From Camelus dromedarius (taxonomy: Eukaryota): a DNA stretch of 64,000 bases. Positions 12,620-26,400 of the stretch are shown piece after piece. Each line of letters opens with the position of its first letter. The first letter of the stretch is position 1. The position numbers and the translations under genes were made by a program. The notes below the pieces were generated by a model. It was not told where the DNA came from. It did not search any database and was given only the letters and a program-made list of their open reading frames with translations. The stretch lies in contig NC_087437.1 in NCBI RefSeq assembly GCF_036321535.1, positions 76,138,001-76,202,000 on the forward strand, read 5' to 3'.

Positions 12620-13990
12620 TTTCTTTTTCACAATTTTCTCTATTCTCTCATGTGCTGGACCTCAAGCATTTCTCTGATAGAGGGAGGCAGCAAAAACAGG
12701 AGCTCATGGGAACAAAAACTCTGAGCAAGGGGAACCTTCATCTCTGAAGGAGGAACATTGGTTCCAAGAGGGTGTTGCTTTTATTCTCTTTAACCTCCCA
12801 CCACTTACTGCCAGACATGGGTTCAATCATGGGACGTGCACAGTAAGAAAAGATAACTAAATGGCCTTCCAACCAGAGAACCAAAACAAAAGTGGGAGGT
12901 GGTAGAAAATAGTTCTTTAAGTACTCTTGGTCTCACCCCAAGCTACACATGCATGGATCTCATCCTCAAAAGTATACATTGGACACTGAGAACTGAACTA
13001 TTGGCTCTGCTCAGTTCTCAGATTGGCCACTAGGGGGCAAATAAGAAGATAAATCCAAGTAACACTAAAAAGACTGAAAACGGAACTGATCTAGGAAACA
13101 ACTCACAGATGGCTGGTTGGAACTTGAATCCTGAACTTAACCAAAACAAATTTTCTACTAAAACTAAAACATCGCTATTTTCCACAGACTTAATAAAAGA
13201 ACCAGGGTCTCATAATAATCACACTGTCCAGGATAAAACCCAAAATTAGTCAGCATATGAAGAAACAGAAAAAAATCTCAACTTGCACAGAAAAAGACAA
13301 TCAACAGACCCCAACTCTGAAACAATGCAGGTATCAAATTTATCTGGCAAAGATTTTTAAAATGTTCCAACAAGTAAAGGCAAACACTCTTAAAGATGAC
13401 AAAAGGAAAGAAAGGTGGTATAGCTTGCTCTTGAAAAGTCTGGACATTCCTTATATAAATATGCACAGTGTAAACATGCAGACCCACTCCTAGGTATTAT
13501 TTCAGGAGAAATCAATGGTCAGGTTCACAGAAAAATATGTAAATGAATGTTTATAATGGATTTATTCATAATTGCCATAAACTGGAAATAATCTGATTGG
13601 TAAACAGATAAACTCTAATACATATATAATATAATAAATACCACTCAGAAGAAACAAAGAACAGGCTATTGATGCAACAACTTTGGTGAACCTCAGCCAT
13701 TATAGAAAGTTAAAAAAAAAAAAGTCTCAAAAGGAACATACTATATGATTCCATTTATATTACATGCTCCAAAAGACAAAACTATTGAAGTGAAGAAAAG
13801 AACAGCGTTGCCAAGGGTTGGGGTTGGGGGAAGGTATGACTACAAATGGCATAAAGGAAGTTTGGGAGGGTGGAACTTTATAAACTTTAACATTGAATTG
13901 TTCATAAAATCTATTCATGGTTTAAAATAAATGGAACTGTACACATTGAAAGGCAATTTTTTGTCAGTTAATCTAAAAAATACAAAAAAA
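12620..13990 (+). mobile_element. Old L1 (L1M-type): 5'/ORF1-start fragment joined to a 3' end
   Basis: aaaagacaatcaacagacccc...ttatctggcaaagatttt (ORF1-start-like), then cccactcctaggtatt, tatatgattccatttatat, gttgccaaggg and an A-rich tail typical of old L1 3' ends. Confidence 0.6.
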
Positions 13991-14369
13991 AAATTTTTAA
14001 GCCCAAAGTTGATTTGGTACATTGCACTAAAGCCCAGTGGAATCAACTCATAAGCATCAGAACTGAAAATGACTTACAAAAGTGTATTCTTACCCAATAC
14101 GCTTTCTATTCTATTATATATACAAAACCAAGACCAAAACAGCACATGGAAAGAAAATCAAAGAACACCATGTCATTGTCAGTCACCAAACAGCAACTCG
14201 GGTATTCAAGCTGAAAGATATCTAAATTACTTGAGAGAAGACTCTTTGTCTTTGGAAGATCCATTCCAATATTAATACTTCCACCTGGAAATTCCAAGCT
14301 ATGTTCTCCATAATACCATCTATGCAGTGTTTTTATTTTTTCTGCCACATTAAAAAACAGGTTGAGGGC

Positions 14370-17300
14370 ACTTTACTGCCAGAAAGGTGGTACTAACATA
14401 CTTACCCCTAAGGTCCTCACTAAATACAACTAAAAACACTGGAGATCATACATAAAACAATTGCAAGAAGACACTAAAAGGAAGGAAAAAAGGCAATCTA
14501 GCTAGGGACTTCAAGACCCAGGAGCAACACAGTGTTGAGTTCCCTGGATCTTCTTTTTGCCCTATACATCCTAGACTAGGAACTGAAGAAGCCAGCAACC
14601 CAGAAGCACCAATGAGGAGCAGACAAAAGAGTCCCAAAGAAAGCCAGCTCTCTCCAGCCAAAGGACCAGGAAAGTCTAGCAAGACAGATCATTTTTAGAC
14701 AATAACTGTGCTACATGAGACAAACATAACAGAAAAAACTATGGCCCCATACCTACCAATGCCAGCTAAGGCTAAGCACAGAATCTAGACTAACATCCTC
14801 TCCAGAATGTAAAGATGAGACACAATCCCCACAACGCAGAAGTGTCAGAGAAGGACAAGTAGGGAGCTGGGATTTTCATCCTGTCAGATGGTAAGTCCAA
14901 GTTCTCCCTCTCCCCGCAACATATAGAGAGTCAATGGAGATCATGTGCGGACACAAAACTACCAACTCCCACCTATCAGTAATTTTCCTCTGTTCTAGCA
15001 GTTTTCCTCTCTCTCCCCAGCTGGGTAGTATCAGAAGAGGTTAGATAAGACACATCAGAACTTTGATCACTGCCCAGCAATAAAAAGGCCACCCTCGACC
15101 CTGACCCTTGGTATCAGCAGAAGCCATGCATAAAGCAGTAATGAAACACTGCTAACCCTTCCAGCTGCAGCAGTACCATCAAAGGCCCACTAAGGAATGG
15201 GAACTCCCACCTCTGCCCAGAAGTACCAAGCAGTCCTTTCCTACCTTGGATGTCAATGGAAGCCAAGTGGGGAAAACTAGACTTCTCTCTCAATCTGGCA
15301 GTAATAAGATGGTGCCATCCCTTCCTCCTGCTACAGCAGTGTCAGAGGAGGTCAGCTAAAAGAGGAGGTTTGTGTAAGATCCAAAGATTCAAAACTTAAT
15401 GCCCAAAATATCCAGGTTTCAATTAAAAGTCACCTCACATACCAAAACCAAGACTGTCTCAACGTAAATGAAAAAGAAAAAAAGTTAATTAACAGACAAT
15501 AAACTAAAGATGTGATGTTAAAATTATCTGACAAAGATTTTAAAGTAGATATTATTAAAAGTGTTTCAATGAGCAGCTACAAACATACCTGAAAGAAATT
15601 AAACACATAAAATGTCTCAGCAAATAAATAAAAGATATAAAAAAGAACCAAGTGGAAATATTGGAACACAATAATCAAAATTTAAAACTTAATGAATGTG
15701 CTCAAAGGCAGAGTGGAGGAGACAGAGGAAAGAATCAGTGAATTAGAAAATAAAACAACAGATATTTATGCAAGTGAAGCAAAAGCAAGAAAAATTTATG
15801 GAAATACTAAACAGAGCCTCAGGGATCTACGAAAAAAATAAAAGACTTTAAATCCATGTTACTGCAATCCAGGAAGGAAGGAAAAAAAAGGGCAAGGCTG
15901 AGAAAGTACTCAAAACAAGTAACAGCTGAAAACTTTCCAAGTCTGGGAACCACCATATACTAAGACACATCACAACCAAACTAGAAACCATGGAGATAAG
16001 GCAGTGGCAATTTTTTGAGGGCTAAAAGAACAGAACTATTAACCTAGAATCCTATATCCAATGAAAATATCCTTCAGGAAGGAAATGAAAATAAAGATAT
16101 TATCAGGTGAAAGAAAACTCAAGAGAATTTTCACCAGTAGCCTTGACCAAAAAGAGTGACTAAAGAAGTCCAATAAATGAAAAGGAAAACATAAAAGAAG
16201 AAATCTCCGACCGTAAAGAAGAAAAAAGAACATGATAAAAATATGGGTAAATACAACATGCTTTCCTTCTTCTCCTGAATTTTCTAAATTATTTTTGATG
16301 GTTTTAACAAACTGTAAAGTGCCTAATACAGTTCTAAATGTATGTAGATAAGTGCTTAAGACAACTGTATTATAAATGGAGGAAGTAAAGGGACATAAAG
16401 AAAGTGGAAGTAAATGCACTAATTAAAAAGACAGACTGGCAGTGGGTTAAAAAACATGATCCAACTATATGCTACAAAAAACTCACTTCAAATATATGAC
16501 ATAGGTAGGCTGAAAATAAAAGAATGGAAATGGTATACCCTGCAAATATTAATCAAAATAAAACAAGAATGCTATATTAATTAGAAAAGTAGACTTCAAA
16601 AAAAATCATCAGACATAGAGAGGGATGTTGAGGGCCTCATGACAAATGGGCCATACCACCAAGAAGACAGAGCAATCCTAAGTATGTATGTACTAATAAC
16701 ACATCTATAATATATGTAAAATAAAAATCTATAGAATTGAAATGAGACATAAATCCACAATTAGAATGGGAGACAATGACAAACTTCTCTCAGCAATTGA
16801 CTAAATGACTAAAGAGAGAAAATCAGAAAGAATATACAAGATCTCAATAACACCATCAAAGAAGAGGATCTAACATTTATAGAACATTTGACCCAACAAC
16901 AGCAGAATACACATTCTTTTTCAAGTGCCCAAGGGACACACACCAAGAAAGACTATATGTTGGTCTATAAAACAACAAATTTAAAGAGATAGAAATCTTA
17001 CAGAGTATATTCTCTGATCACAAACAGAATCAAATTAGAAATTGTTTACAGAAAGATAACAGGAAAACTCCCTAACACTTGAAAGCTAATAATATACTTA
17101 AAAATAATGCATGAATCAAAAGTCTCAAGGGAAATTTTTTTAAAACACATTGAATTAAATGAAAATAAAAATATAGCCTATTAAAATTTGTGGGACCCAG
17201 CAAAAGCAGTGTTTGACAGGGAATCTGTAGCACTAAATGCTTTCTTTTGAAAAAGAAAGTTTTAAAACCAGTAATTTAAATTCCCACCCCAAGAACCTTG

Positions 17301-18965
17301 GAAAAGATACAAATAAATCCAAATAAGCAGAAATTAAGAAAATACTAAAGATAAGAAATCAATGAAATTGGAAACAGAAAAACTGATTTGGTATTACCTT
17401 GATACCAAAATCAAAGTACCAAAAGGGAAAGCTACACATCACTATTCTTCATTAGTACAGATGCAAGAATCCTTAACAAAATATTAGCAAACAGAATTCA
17501 GCAATATATGAAAAGAATTACATAACATAACCAGAGATTTATTCCAGGAATGCAAGGATAGTTCAATATTCAAAAATCAATTAATACTATCCACCATGTT
17601 AATAGGTAAAAAGAGAAAAATCATATGATCATATCAACTGATTCAGGAAAAGTATTCAACGAAATTCAACATCCATTCATGATAAAAACATTCAGTAAGA
17701 AAAATCAAGGAGAATCTCTTCAACTTGATGAAGAGCATGTAAAAATAACCTACAGCTAATATTTATAACAGTAAAAGACTGAATGCCCTTTCCCTAAGAT
17801 CAGAAACAAGGCAAAAATATTCACTCTCATCACTTTTATTGTATAGTGCTGCAAGTTCTAGCCAGCACAGTAAACTAAAGAAAGGAAATAAAAGGCATAT
17901 AGTTCTAAAAGGAAGAGATAAAACTATCCCTATTTGCAGATGACGGGGTTGTCTACATGAAAAATCCCAAGGAATGTACAAAAACAATTTCTAAAATAAA
18001 TACATGAGTTTAAAAGGTCAAAAAATACAAATTAAACATACAGAAATCAATTGTATTTTTATTTATGAGCAATGAACACATGGATGCCAGAATGACATAT
18101 TTTATATACTAGAAATGAATATGTAAACACCAAAATTAAAAATACAACACCATTTACAGTAGTTTTTAAAAATGAAATAATATGAATTATTTTATATTTA
18201 AATCTGATAAAAGCATGTCCAACACATGTATGCTGAAAAGTATAAAATGCTCAAGGAAAAAAAATCAAGGATCTAAATAAACGAAGAGATACACTGTGTT
18301 CAAGAAATAGAAGACTAAATATAATAAAGATGTAAATTCTCTCCAAACTGATATACAGATTTAACACAATTAAAAAAAAATCCCAGAAAGATTTTTTGAA
18401 GATTCAATAGAGACAAGATTAGTCTAGACTTTATATAGAAAAACAAAGGAACTAGAATAGCTAAAACAGTTTTGAAAATAAAGAATGAAGTGTGAGAAAT
18501 CAATCTACATGATTTCAAGACTTAATACATAGCTACAGTAATAATCAAGAATGTATGATATTGGTGGAGAGGCAGACACATAGATCAATGAAACAGAACA
18601 GAGAATCCAGAAATAGACCCATATAAATATGACTATCTTACTTTTGACCAAGGCACAAAAGCAGTGGAGTTGCTTTTCAAACCAACAGTGCTGGAGCAAC
18701 TGTACATTCACATGCAAAGAAAGAACCTCAACCTAAGAATTGCATCTTAAACAGAAATTAACTCACAATGAATCATGAATGTAAATGTAAAACACAAAAC
18801 TAAAGAGCTGTTAGAGAAAAAAATGAGAAAATCTTCAGAACGTAGGGTTAGGTAAAGAGTTCTTGGACCTGACAACAAAAGCACATCCAAAATGGAAAAA
18901 CTGATAAACTGAACTCTTAACAAAATTCAAGACTTTTGCCCTGCCAAAAACCCTTTGAAGAAGAT
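14370..18965 (+). mobile_element. Old degraded LINE-1 (L1MC/MD-age): 5'UTR, ORF1 and ORF2 remnants, 3' truncated
   Basis: 5'UTR about 14370-15450; ORF1-like about 15450-16200 (aacctagaatcctatatccaatgaaaatatcc); ORF2 EN/RT-like about 16400-18965 (gatgcaagaatccttaacaaaatattagcaaac, tatttgcagatgac), with an internal deletion near 17385. Confidence 0.85.
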
Positions 18966-19019
18966 CTGCTTTTCCTAGGGCCATCCCTGTATAGGCAGTT
19001 GTCACTTGATCATCCAGTG

Positions 19020-19600
19020 CACCAGACACTAATGTTAATGTGTCATTTCCTCTGTCTCACTCTCACACGCCGAGTCAATCATAAAACACGATTAATCCAA
19101 GTTCCTAAATAAATGGTAAATCAGAAAAGATGAGACCATTCTTCTCATCTTCACTGGTAAACCTGTTCTAAGCTACACTATAACAATCTCTTGACTGACT
19201 TCTGCATCCCCATTTGTGCCTCCCTCAAAAGCATCCCTACCGTAGAAACCAAACTTATCTTTACAAGGTGTAAATACGAACACCTCACTCTCTAGCCAAA
19301 AACTTTTCAGTGTTTCCCACTGTGCTTGCAATAATCTCATCAAAGCACAAAAAAGCCCACATATTCCGGTTTCTACCTGCACGATTCCACCTTTTTTACT
19401 CTTCTATAAACTCCAGCCATAATATTCTTCTAGTTTCTCCTAGGCATCCTGTACTTTCTCACCTCAGAGCCTCTGCATTTCCTCCTACCACTCCCAGCCC
19501 AATCTACCTAATAACTACTCATCAGACTTTATCTTATCCATTACTTCCTCCAAAATGGGTTTTCCTGAACTCTCAGATGAGAATCGATCCCTTATTGAAT
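19020..19600 (+). mobile_element. L2 LINE fragment
   Basis: Pyrimidine-rich L2-like motifs (cacctcactctctagccaaaacttttcagtg, ctcagagcctctgcatt). Confidence 0.55.
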
Positions 19601-19871
19601 AATGAAAGAGATACCTATACAACTTAAACCTAACTGAAGTGTTTTAACACAAAGAATCAAATAATTCTTAGATTTATGCAAAGGTAATATCTAAGGTATA
19701 AATCAATATATTTCAATATACGACTCATACATATTTGGTTTGGTGCTTTTTTAGGTTAATTTAGACCTGTTTGATAAAGATACTTGGTATCTATTTTCTT
19801 TGAAACATTCTAAATATGAAGGGCAATAATAATTCTCCTAGTAAGAAGCTTTGTCATTCATAGTCAGACTA

Positions 19872-21948
19872 TGACCATGATCTCAGATTTCTAGCCTCCA
19901 GAACTGTGAGAAATTAATGTTTGTTGTTTATGAGCTACCCAGTCTGTGATACTGTCACAGCACCTTGAATAGACTAAGACAGAAAATTAGTACTGGAAGT
20001 GTGCTGCTGCTTTAACAAATAACTAAAAAAGTGAAGTGGCATTGGTACTGAGTAACGGGTAGAGGCTGAAAGAGTTTTGAAGTGCATGCTAGAAAAAGCC
20101 TACATTATGGTGAACGGAACATTAAAAGTTACTCTGGTGAGCGCTCAGAAGAAGAGAAGAGCTTCAGAGAAAGCCTCAATCTTCCTAGAGAACACCGATG
20201 TGGTCTTGAACAGAATGTTAATGGAAATATGGACAGTTAAAGCCATCCTGATGAAGTCTCGGATGGAAATGAGGAACGTGTTCCTGAAAACTGGAGGAAA
20301 GACCATTGTTGTTCTAAAAAGGTGCAAAGAACGTGGTTGAACTGTGCTCATGACCTAGTGTTTTGAGGAAGATAAAAACTTCTAGTACTGTCTTGCGGAA
20401 AACAGAAATAGCCAACGAAATTCTCTATTTGGGTGAATCTTTTTCTAAGCAAAGTGTTAAAGGTGCCACTTGGTTCCCTCGAATGTTATAGTAAAATGTG
20501 AGAAGAAATAAATGACTTAAAGATGGAATTTTTAATCAAAAGGGAAGCAAAAATTTTAAATCTGGAAAATTCTCGGCTTAGCCATATTACAAAAAATGAG
20601 CAAGCATGTTTGGAAAAGATGACTAAAGGTGTGGCCAAGAGACCCTTTGATAAGAAGATTGGCATGTGTATGAAACAGAGATTTAATCAGCCACCCCAGG
20701 AAGAAAACGGCAATTTGAGCCCAAAGGGAAGGAGACAGAACAAACGAACGTTGTTTATAGGACTTCTTGAAATTCACAGGAGGGAGACCTAGATCTATTC
20801 TGCTTCACACGTGCGTTATTTAAGGTAAGATGATTCAGAAATCATCAGAGCTTCCTGTTCAGTTTCAAAAGTGGGGAGGGGTTTCAACAGGCCAAAAGAC
20901 TCCCACCAAAAGCCATGGCAGCCAGAATCCTCCCCAGCAGAGCTGTTGGAGAGTGGCTATCTCCACCTAAATTTCAAAGAATGGAGACACCTGGAGTTTT
21001 AGGCGCAAGACCCACGCAGAGGGCGGAGCAAGGGCAAGGCCACCACAGAGCCCCCCACTAGGGCAATGCCCAGCACAGCTGTTGGGGTAGGACTGCAACT
21101 CCAAACCAGCAGAGCCACAGGTGTACCATTCCAGCCTGGGAGATGCTGTGAGGCTGTGGTCAGCAAAGCCAGGGGGGTGCAGGGACACTCTACTGTGTCC
21201 CGAAAGTGGGACTCCTGCCCCAGTGGACCTGGCAGGCAGAGCATCAAGTAAGGATTATTCTTGAGCCTTAAGACTTGATGCTGTTTGTCCTGCTGGGTTC
21301 TGACTTGCTTAGGAACTATTGCCCCTTTCTTGCCTATTGTCCTTTTAGAACCGGAGTGTTTAACTCTATGCCTGTCCCACTACTACATTTTGGAAGCACA
21401 TAACTGATTTCCAGATTCACGGCTAAAGGGGAATTTGGCCTCAGGATGAATCATACCCTGAGACTCACCCATACCTGATGTAGATAATATTTAGATGAGA
21501 CTTTAGATTTTAGACTTTTGAATTGATGCTAGAACCAGTAAGATCTGGAGGGCTACTGGGATGACAATGAATGCATTCTGCATGCAAGAAATTCATGAAT
21601 TTTTGGGGGCCAGGGGCAGAATGCTGTAGTTTAAATCCTTGTGTCCCCACTCCCAAATTCATGCGTTGGAATCCTAGTGTCCAATGTGACAGTATTAGAA
21701 GGTGAGGCCTTTGGAAAGTGCTTAGGCCATAAAGGTGGAATCCTCATGAATGGGAGTAGCGCCCTTTAATTGGCCATTCTGTCATGTGAGGATACAAGAA
21801 GCTGCGATTCAGAAGAGGGCCATGCTGGCCATGCTGGCACTCTGATCGCGAACTTCCAACTTCCAGAAATATAGGAAGCAAATGTTTTTTATTTATAAGC
21901 CACCCAGTCTGTGGTATTTCATTATAGCAGCCTGAACAGACTAAGACA
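19872..21948 (+). mobile_element. ERVL-MaLR provirus (MLT1A-like): deleted 5' LTR, internal region, complete 3' LTR
   Basis: Both LTRs end in gactaagaca (19981, 21948); internal region about 19982-21620 ends in a purine tract ggggccaggggcagaa; 3' LTR starts tgctgtagtttaaa at 21621; 5-bp TSD gacta at 19867-19871 and 21949-21953. Confidence 0.9.
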
Positions 21949-23974
21949 GACTATTATTCACTATGAATAATTTAACACCCAATGCGCTAATTTCTTGCAA
22001 TTCTTTGCCAGTTTATGGGCTTTAAGGGCAACTGTGGGCACACACACACACATTTTGTTAGAGGTTGTTAAGTTTGCTGTGTGAAAAACAACACATGATT
22101 TGTAAATAAATACTGAAAATTAAACATAAAGTTTAGTTAATCCATCATTCTTTCTAAAGTTTGATAAGCTCGACCCAGTCTCTTAATAATGATACAAACA
22201 ATTAACAAAGAAAAAAATATAGGAAAATGACCATTGGGATGTGCCACATAAAAAATAATTTGTTTGAAGCTTTAGAAAATATGTCTATAAGCACTCTCTA
22301 AATAGTAATTTAAAGATGTTAGGGTTTTAGATCTTTACATTTTAAAATTCTACAAGTATTCATAACAAATCTGTATTTCCCAATCTCATGTTTTTTCCAA
22401 TATCCTATGTTGATTTCAAATTAAATATGGACACTTTGTACTGAATACTACTTCTTGACTAATCCCACTAGTAATCATGCCTACACTTATTTTTCATATT
22501 ACAGTTTTCAACTGTATGCTTCTGTATAGTTCATGTATACATGGTTCATAGTTCTGTATACATTTGTATCTTCGTTACCTACTAAAAACATCATTAAAAG
22601 CACCATTATGAAGTATTAAAAATAATGAAGGGCTCATGAGACTGGATTTCAAGATACGACATAAGAATAGCCATGTAAAAATACAACCACTATTAACTGA
22701 TGTAAAATGTGCTTATAAAGTAGGAAATAGACACTTGGGACTATTGGGTTTTGCAAAAGCAGCAAGGGATGCTCTAAAAGTACAGCTTCACAGGGTATTA
22801 CTGTTCATATTTTGCCAGACTCAGGTTACTAAAACTGGGTGCTTCCAAACTGTGAAGAAAGACACACAATCATACCTATATTAACCAAAAGGCTGGAGGA
22901 GGAGTTTAATCTGACTGACTAAATTTACTTATAAGGCCTTTTTGTTTCAACTACTAGTATTGAAAATCTTTCTAAAATGTATTAAGGAATACGTTCTTGC
23001 TTTAGTAAGTACCGTACAGTGAGCATAATTAAATCACTGGTGACTGCAGGTCTTATCATACATTAGGGGCAGCCTTGTGAGCATCAGTTTTCACTGGACC
23101 CTAATGAAGATGTGCACATTTGGACTAAATGTATACAGACTGGCCCTAGGCTATTCATTCTTTGGAAGCTCCTTTTTTTTTTAACTAAATTGTTTGAAAT
23201 AAATTTCTCAAAAGGGAGAAAAGGAGCTTATTTTCCTATAAGTCAAAAAGCGGGAAAAAATAAACCTGGTTACCTGAGCTTTTACTATATCACTGGTGAT
23301 TTCCTAAAGTAATAGGTATTCTTGAAAAATCTGTTCCATTTCAACACTTTAAAGGAAATGAATTGCCCAAGGGCAAAGCTGGGGAAAAAGAAAGGTAAAA
23401 TCCAATTCCTGTGTGGAAAAGAAAACAACACTGAAGAAAGCTGTGCAATATCCAGGTATTTACTACATATGTATTATGTACTAATATTGCTTATATACTA
23501 AGTACACAGCGAGGCACTACAGCTTCAGTAAGCCTTTCGTACCTGGGCCTCAGTTTCTTCACCTGCAAAATTAGAAGTTAACCTATATATGCCTCTCGTT
23601 TAATATACAAGATCTTCCCGTGCTGTGATTCACTATGAACAAAGTGATATTACTCTACCATCCACTGTGTGTGTATGCAGTGGGCAGGAGGCTGTGAAAT
23701 AACTTTCCAAAGGGAGCTAGGATGCCCAAACTACTAAGAATACTATTCTCTGCAGTTTATTTAGGAATGCTGGCTGGTTATTTTATTCCTCTTTTATTGA
23801 TCTGGGCAGAATATTAAATAAATAACAAATCAAGAGTTGATTCAGCTATATGTTAAGGTATTAAATATTAAATATTCCAAAAGAAACAGTGAAATATCCA
23901 TGGAGGTCTTAATTCCTTTCAATTTCCTTTGAAGTCTTATCCTAAATGACAAATGGCATTGGCACTTGCAGTCT

Positions 23975-24090
23975 GATCCACAGAGCACTGGAGTGAACAC
24001 CAGTAGAGCTGGATTTGGGTTCTAGCCTTGACAGTAGCAAACTGTGTGATCTTAGACAAGTCATCATCTGCTCATCTGCAAAATAGTTTC
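23975..24090 (+). mobile_element. MIR SINE fragment
   Basis: agagcactggag...gggttctagcc...tgtgtgatcttagacaagtca...ctcatctgcaaaat core. Confidence 0.65.
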
Positions 24091-24169
24091 TTCTACTTCT
24101 GTCGTTAAACAAGAAAGCCATGACAAATTCAACACATTTCCTTTTAAAATAAAGATATCACACAAATAG

Positions 24170-25050
24170 TTCAGGAGAATGCCATGGATGTATTTTGATT
24201 TTGGAAAGCCATTTGACCAAGTATTGAATACAAACAGTAAGACAGGCTGTACAGTCAAATAGGTCATTACTTTGAAAAGCAAGCATTGAGTAATGAATCA
24301 GAAGGAATGCTGGAAAGATGGACTGAACTAACAAGATTAAATTTAACTGTGGATTCAGATGAATAGTCTAGATTACTCTAGAATTACTGTTACACGCATA
24401 TAACAAACTTCTGGCATTCAGTTTGGATACATCACTCTCCCTCTGTGGAATAACTGATTCATTGGGTTTTCCTCTTACATTTCACAAGTACAAATGTAAA
24501 CCCTGGTACTACAGTGAAAAAAAATCCACCAAGCACGGAGTAGTAGAGGCCTGACTTCAGTACAGTTCATGTGAAAAAGAACTAAGAGCTTGAGCTGACT
24601 TTGAGCTCAACATGAGTCAACAGTGTGACGTGACTGCTAAAAAGGCTAACATAATCTTAGCCACCAACAACAGAAGTGTAGTGTCCAGAACAAGGGAGTT
24701 ACAGTTTTACTGCATTCTCTGCATCCTGTGCTGGGCACCACACTTCCAGAATGATGAGCTCTGTCCCGAGGGCACCCTCTTTAAGAGTGATACTGACAAC
24801 ACATGCTCAATTTCAAGACAGGAAGTGAGCAGAATGGGAAAGGATCTAGCAAATAAGCCCTCAAGACTGAAGAAACAAAGACTATTTTGCCTGGAAAAGC
24901 AAAGTCTTAAGGGAGAGATATTAAATATCTGATGAGCTGCTAGTGAAAGAGTTCAGATCTAAGAGGACACATACCCAAAGCAGATTTGGTGTCAAACAGA
25001 ACCCAAAACACAATGGGCTGTTGCTTCATCACTGCTGGAACGCTCAGGTA
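24170..25050 (+). mobile_element. L3/CR1 LINE ORF2 fossil
   Basis: ORF 24612-24932 (MSQQCDVTAKKANIIL...RSVVSRTRE...WAPHF...LFCLEKQSLKGE) resembles the CR1 ORF2 C-terminal region; upstream YxDFxKAFD-like gtattttgattttggaaagccatttgac. Confidence 0.8.
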
Positions 25051-25054
25051 ATGC

Positions 25055-25227
25055 GACTGTCAACTCTGGCTACACACAGAAACCCTGGGAATGGTTTTAA
25101 GTCTATCAATGCCCAGGCCCTACCCTCGACCAATTAAATTAGAATCCCTGGGGTTAGGCCTGGGCAACGGTAGGTATTAAAGGCTCTTCAGGGGGTTCTA
25201 ATGTGCAGCTACACTTGAGAATGACCA
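25055..25227. mobile_element. MER5A-like hAT-Charlie MITE
   Basis: gcccaggccctaccctcgaccaattaaattagaatccctgggg...ttctaatgtgcagctacacttgagaa. Confidence 0.7.
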
Positions 25228-26400
25228 AGGTAAACACAGTCAGGGTGGCCACCTGTCTGTGTGTGGTGTAGTGCAGAGGGGATTCCTTCTCAGAAGCCTG
25301 AATTAGGTTTACTTATTTTTAACCTATGAAGATTGGCTCTCTTTGTAAATATTTGAGAAGAAATCAAGTTTAAATGGCGCAGCCTCTTAAAGGGAAGAAT
25401 TCACATTGAGTTATATTAGGTAACCTACTCTATTCATGAATAAGTGCTTTCAATGATTTAAGCATTACCATCTTTGTGGAAAAGGACAACACTGACATGT
25501 GTATATGTTGATAAATTTGAACAATTTAATTCCAAAGTTATGTAAAATAAATTTAAAACATTCAAGAGTTCTCAAGTTTCTTCCATAAAATAATTTTTAA
25601 CATCAAGCAGAAGCTAGTTTGAATGGTCTCTGCCACTAGTTGCTTACCCCATGTACATGATAAAATATGTTATTTTTTAATTTTAAATATTTTCTAAAAC
25701 ATTTTATAACATAATAGCCTGGAATTTTTTTTTTTTTTGTAATCAATATAAAGTCCCCCATACTTTCCTCAGTTTTTGGTTTTATCCTTATTCTTAATCC
25801 TATCCTATTCCTTTGACCACTGAATGGAGGCATTTATACACATTTCCTAATCTCCTTTGAAGAAAAGATACATCCAGAGCTTTCTGGTCTTCTTTTTTTT
25901 TTTAACCAGAGCCTTCTGGTCTTAATATAGGTCAAGCAAACACTTAGACGGGTGGAGTTATGCTTCTAAATTTTAGAGACCCCTCCAGATTTTTCCACTT
26001 AGACGTAACACACCCTTTAAACTTTAAAACTTTCACTTTAGGTTACGGTAAATCATCAACAATTTCCTTTTACTTTTGCCATCTGTCAATGCAAAAAACT
26101 CCAAACGAATCTGAAGCTTCTTCTAGGCTACTCAAAGTCTCTCATTAATCTTTGTCATGTGGTTCTAAATAACGAGAAATATGAACAATCATTACCCTGT
26201 TTACAGACAACCATCAAACAAGCCTGGAATAACGCCGTGGAATTGACTAGACAGATTCAGGCTGAACGAGCATTTCAGGAGTTCTGATGCGGGGACCAAG
26301 CACACAGTTAACATTTTACTAGTAGCTGGCTAACTGTAGCACATTTCAAGTAATGATTGCTCTTTCCATATCAAAACACTAGAAAGAATTACGACCTTAC

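Noticed and set aside
20077..21251. Several ORFs of 61-89 aa
   Set aside because: Inside the MaLR internal region; fragmented, no intact gag-like frame
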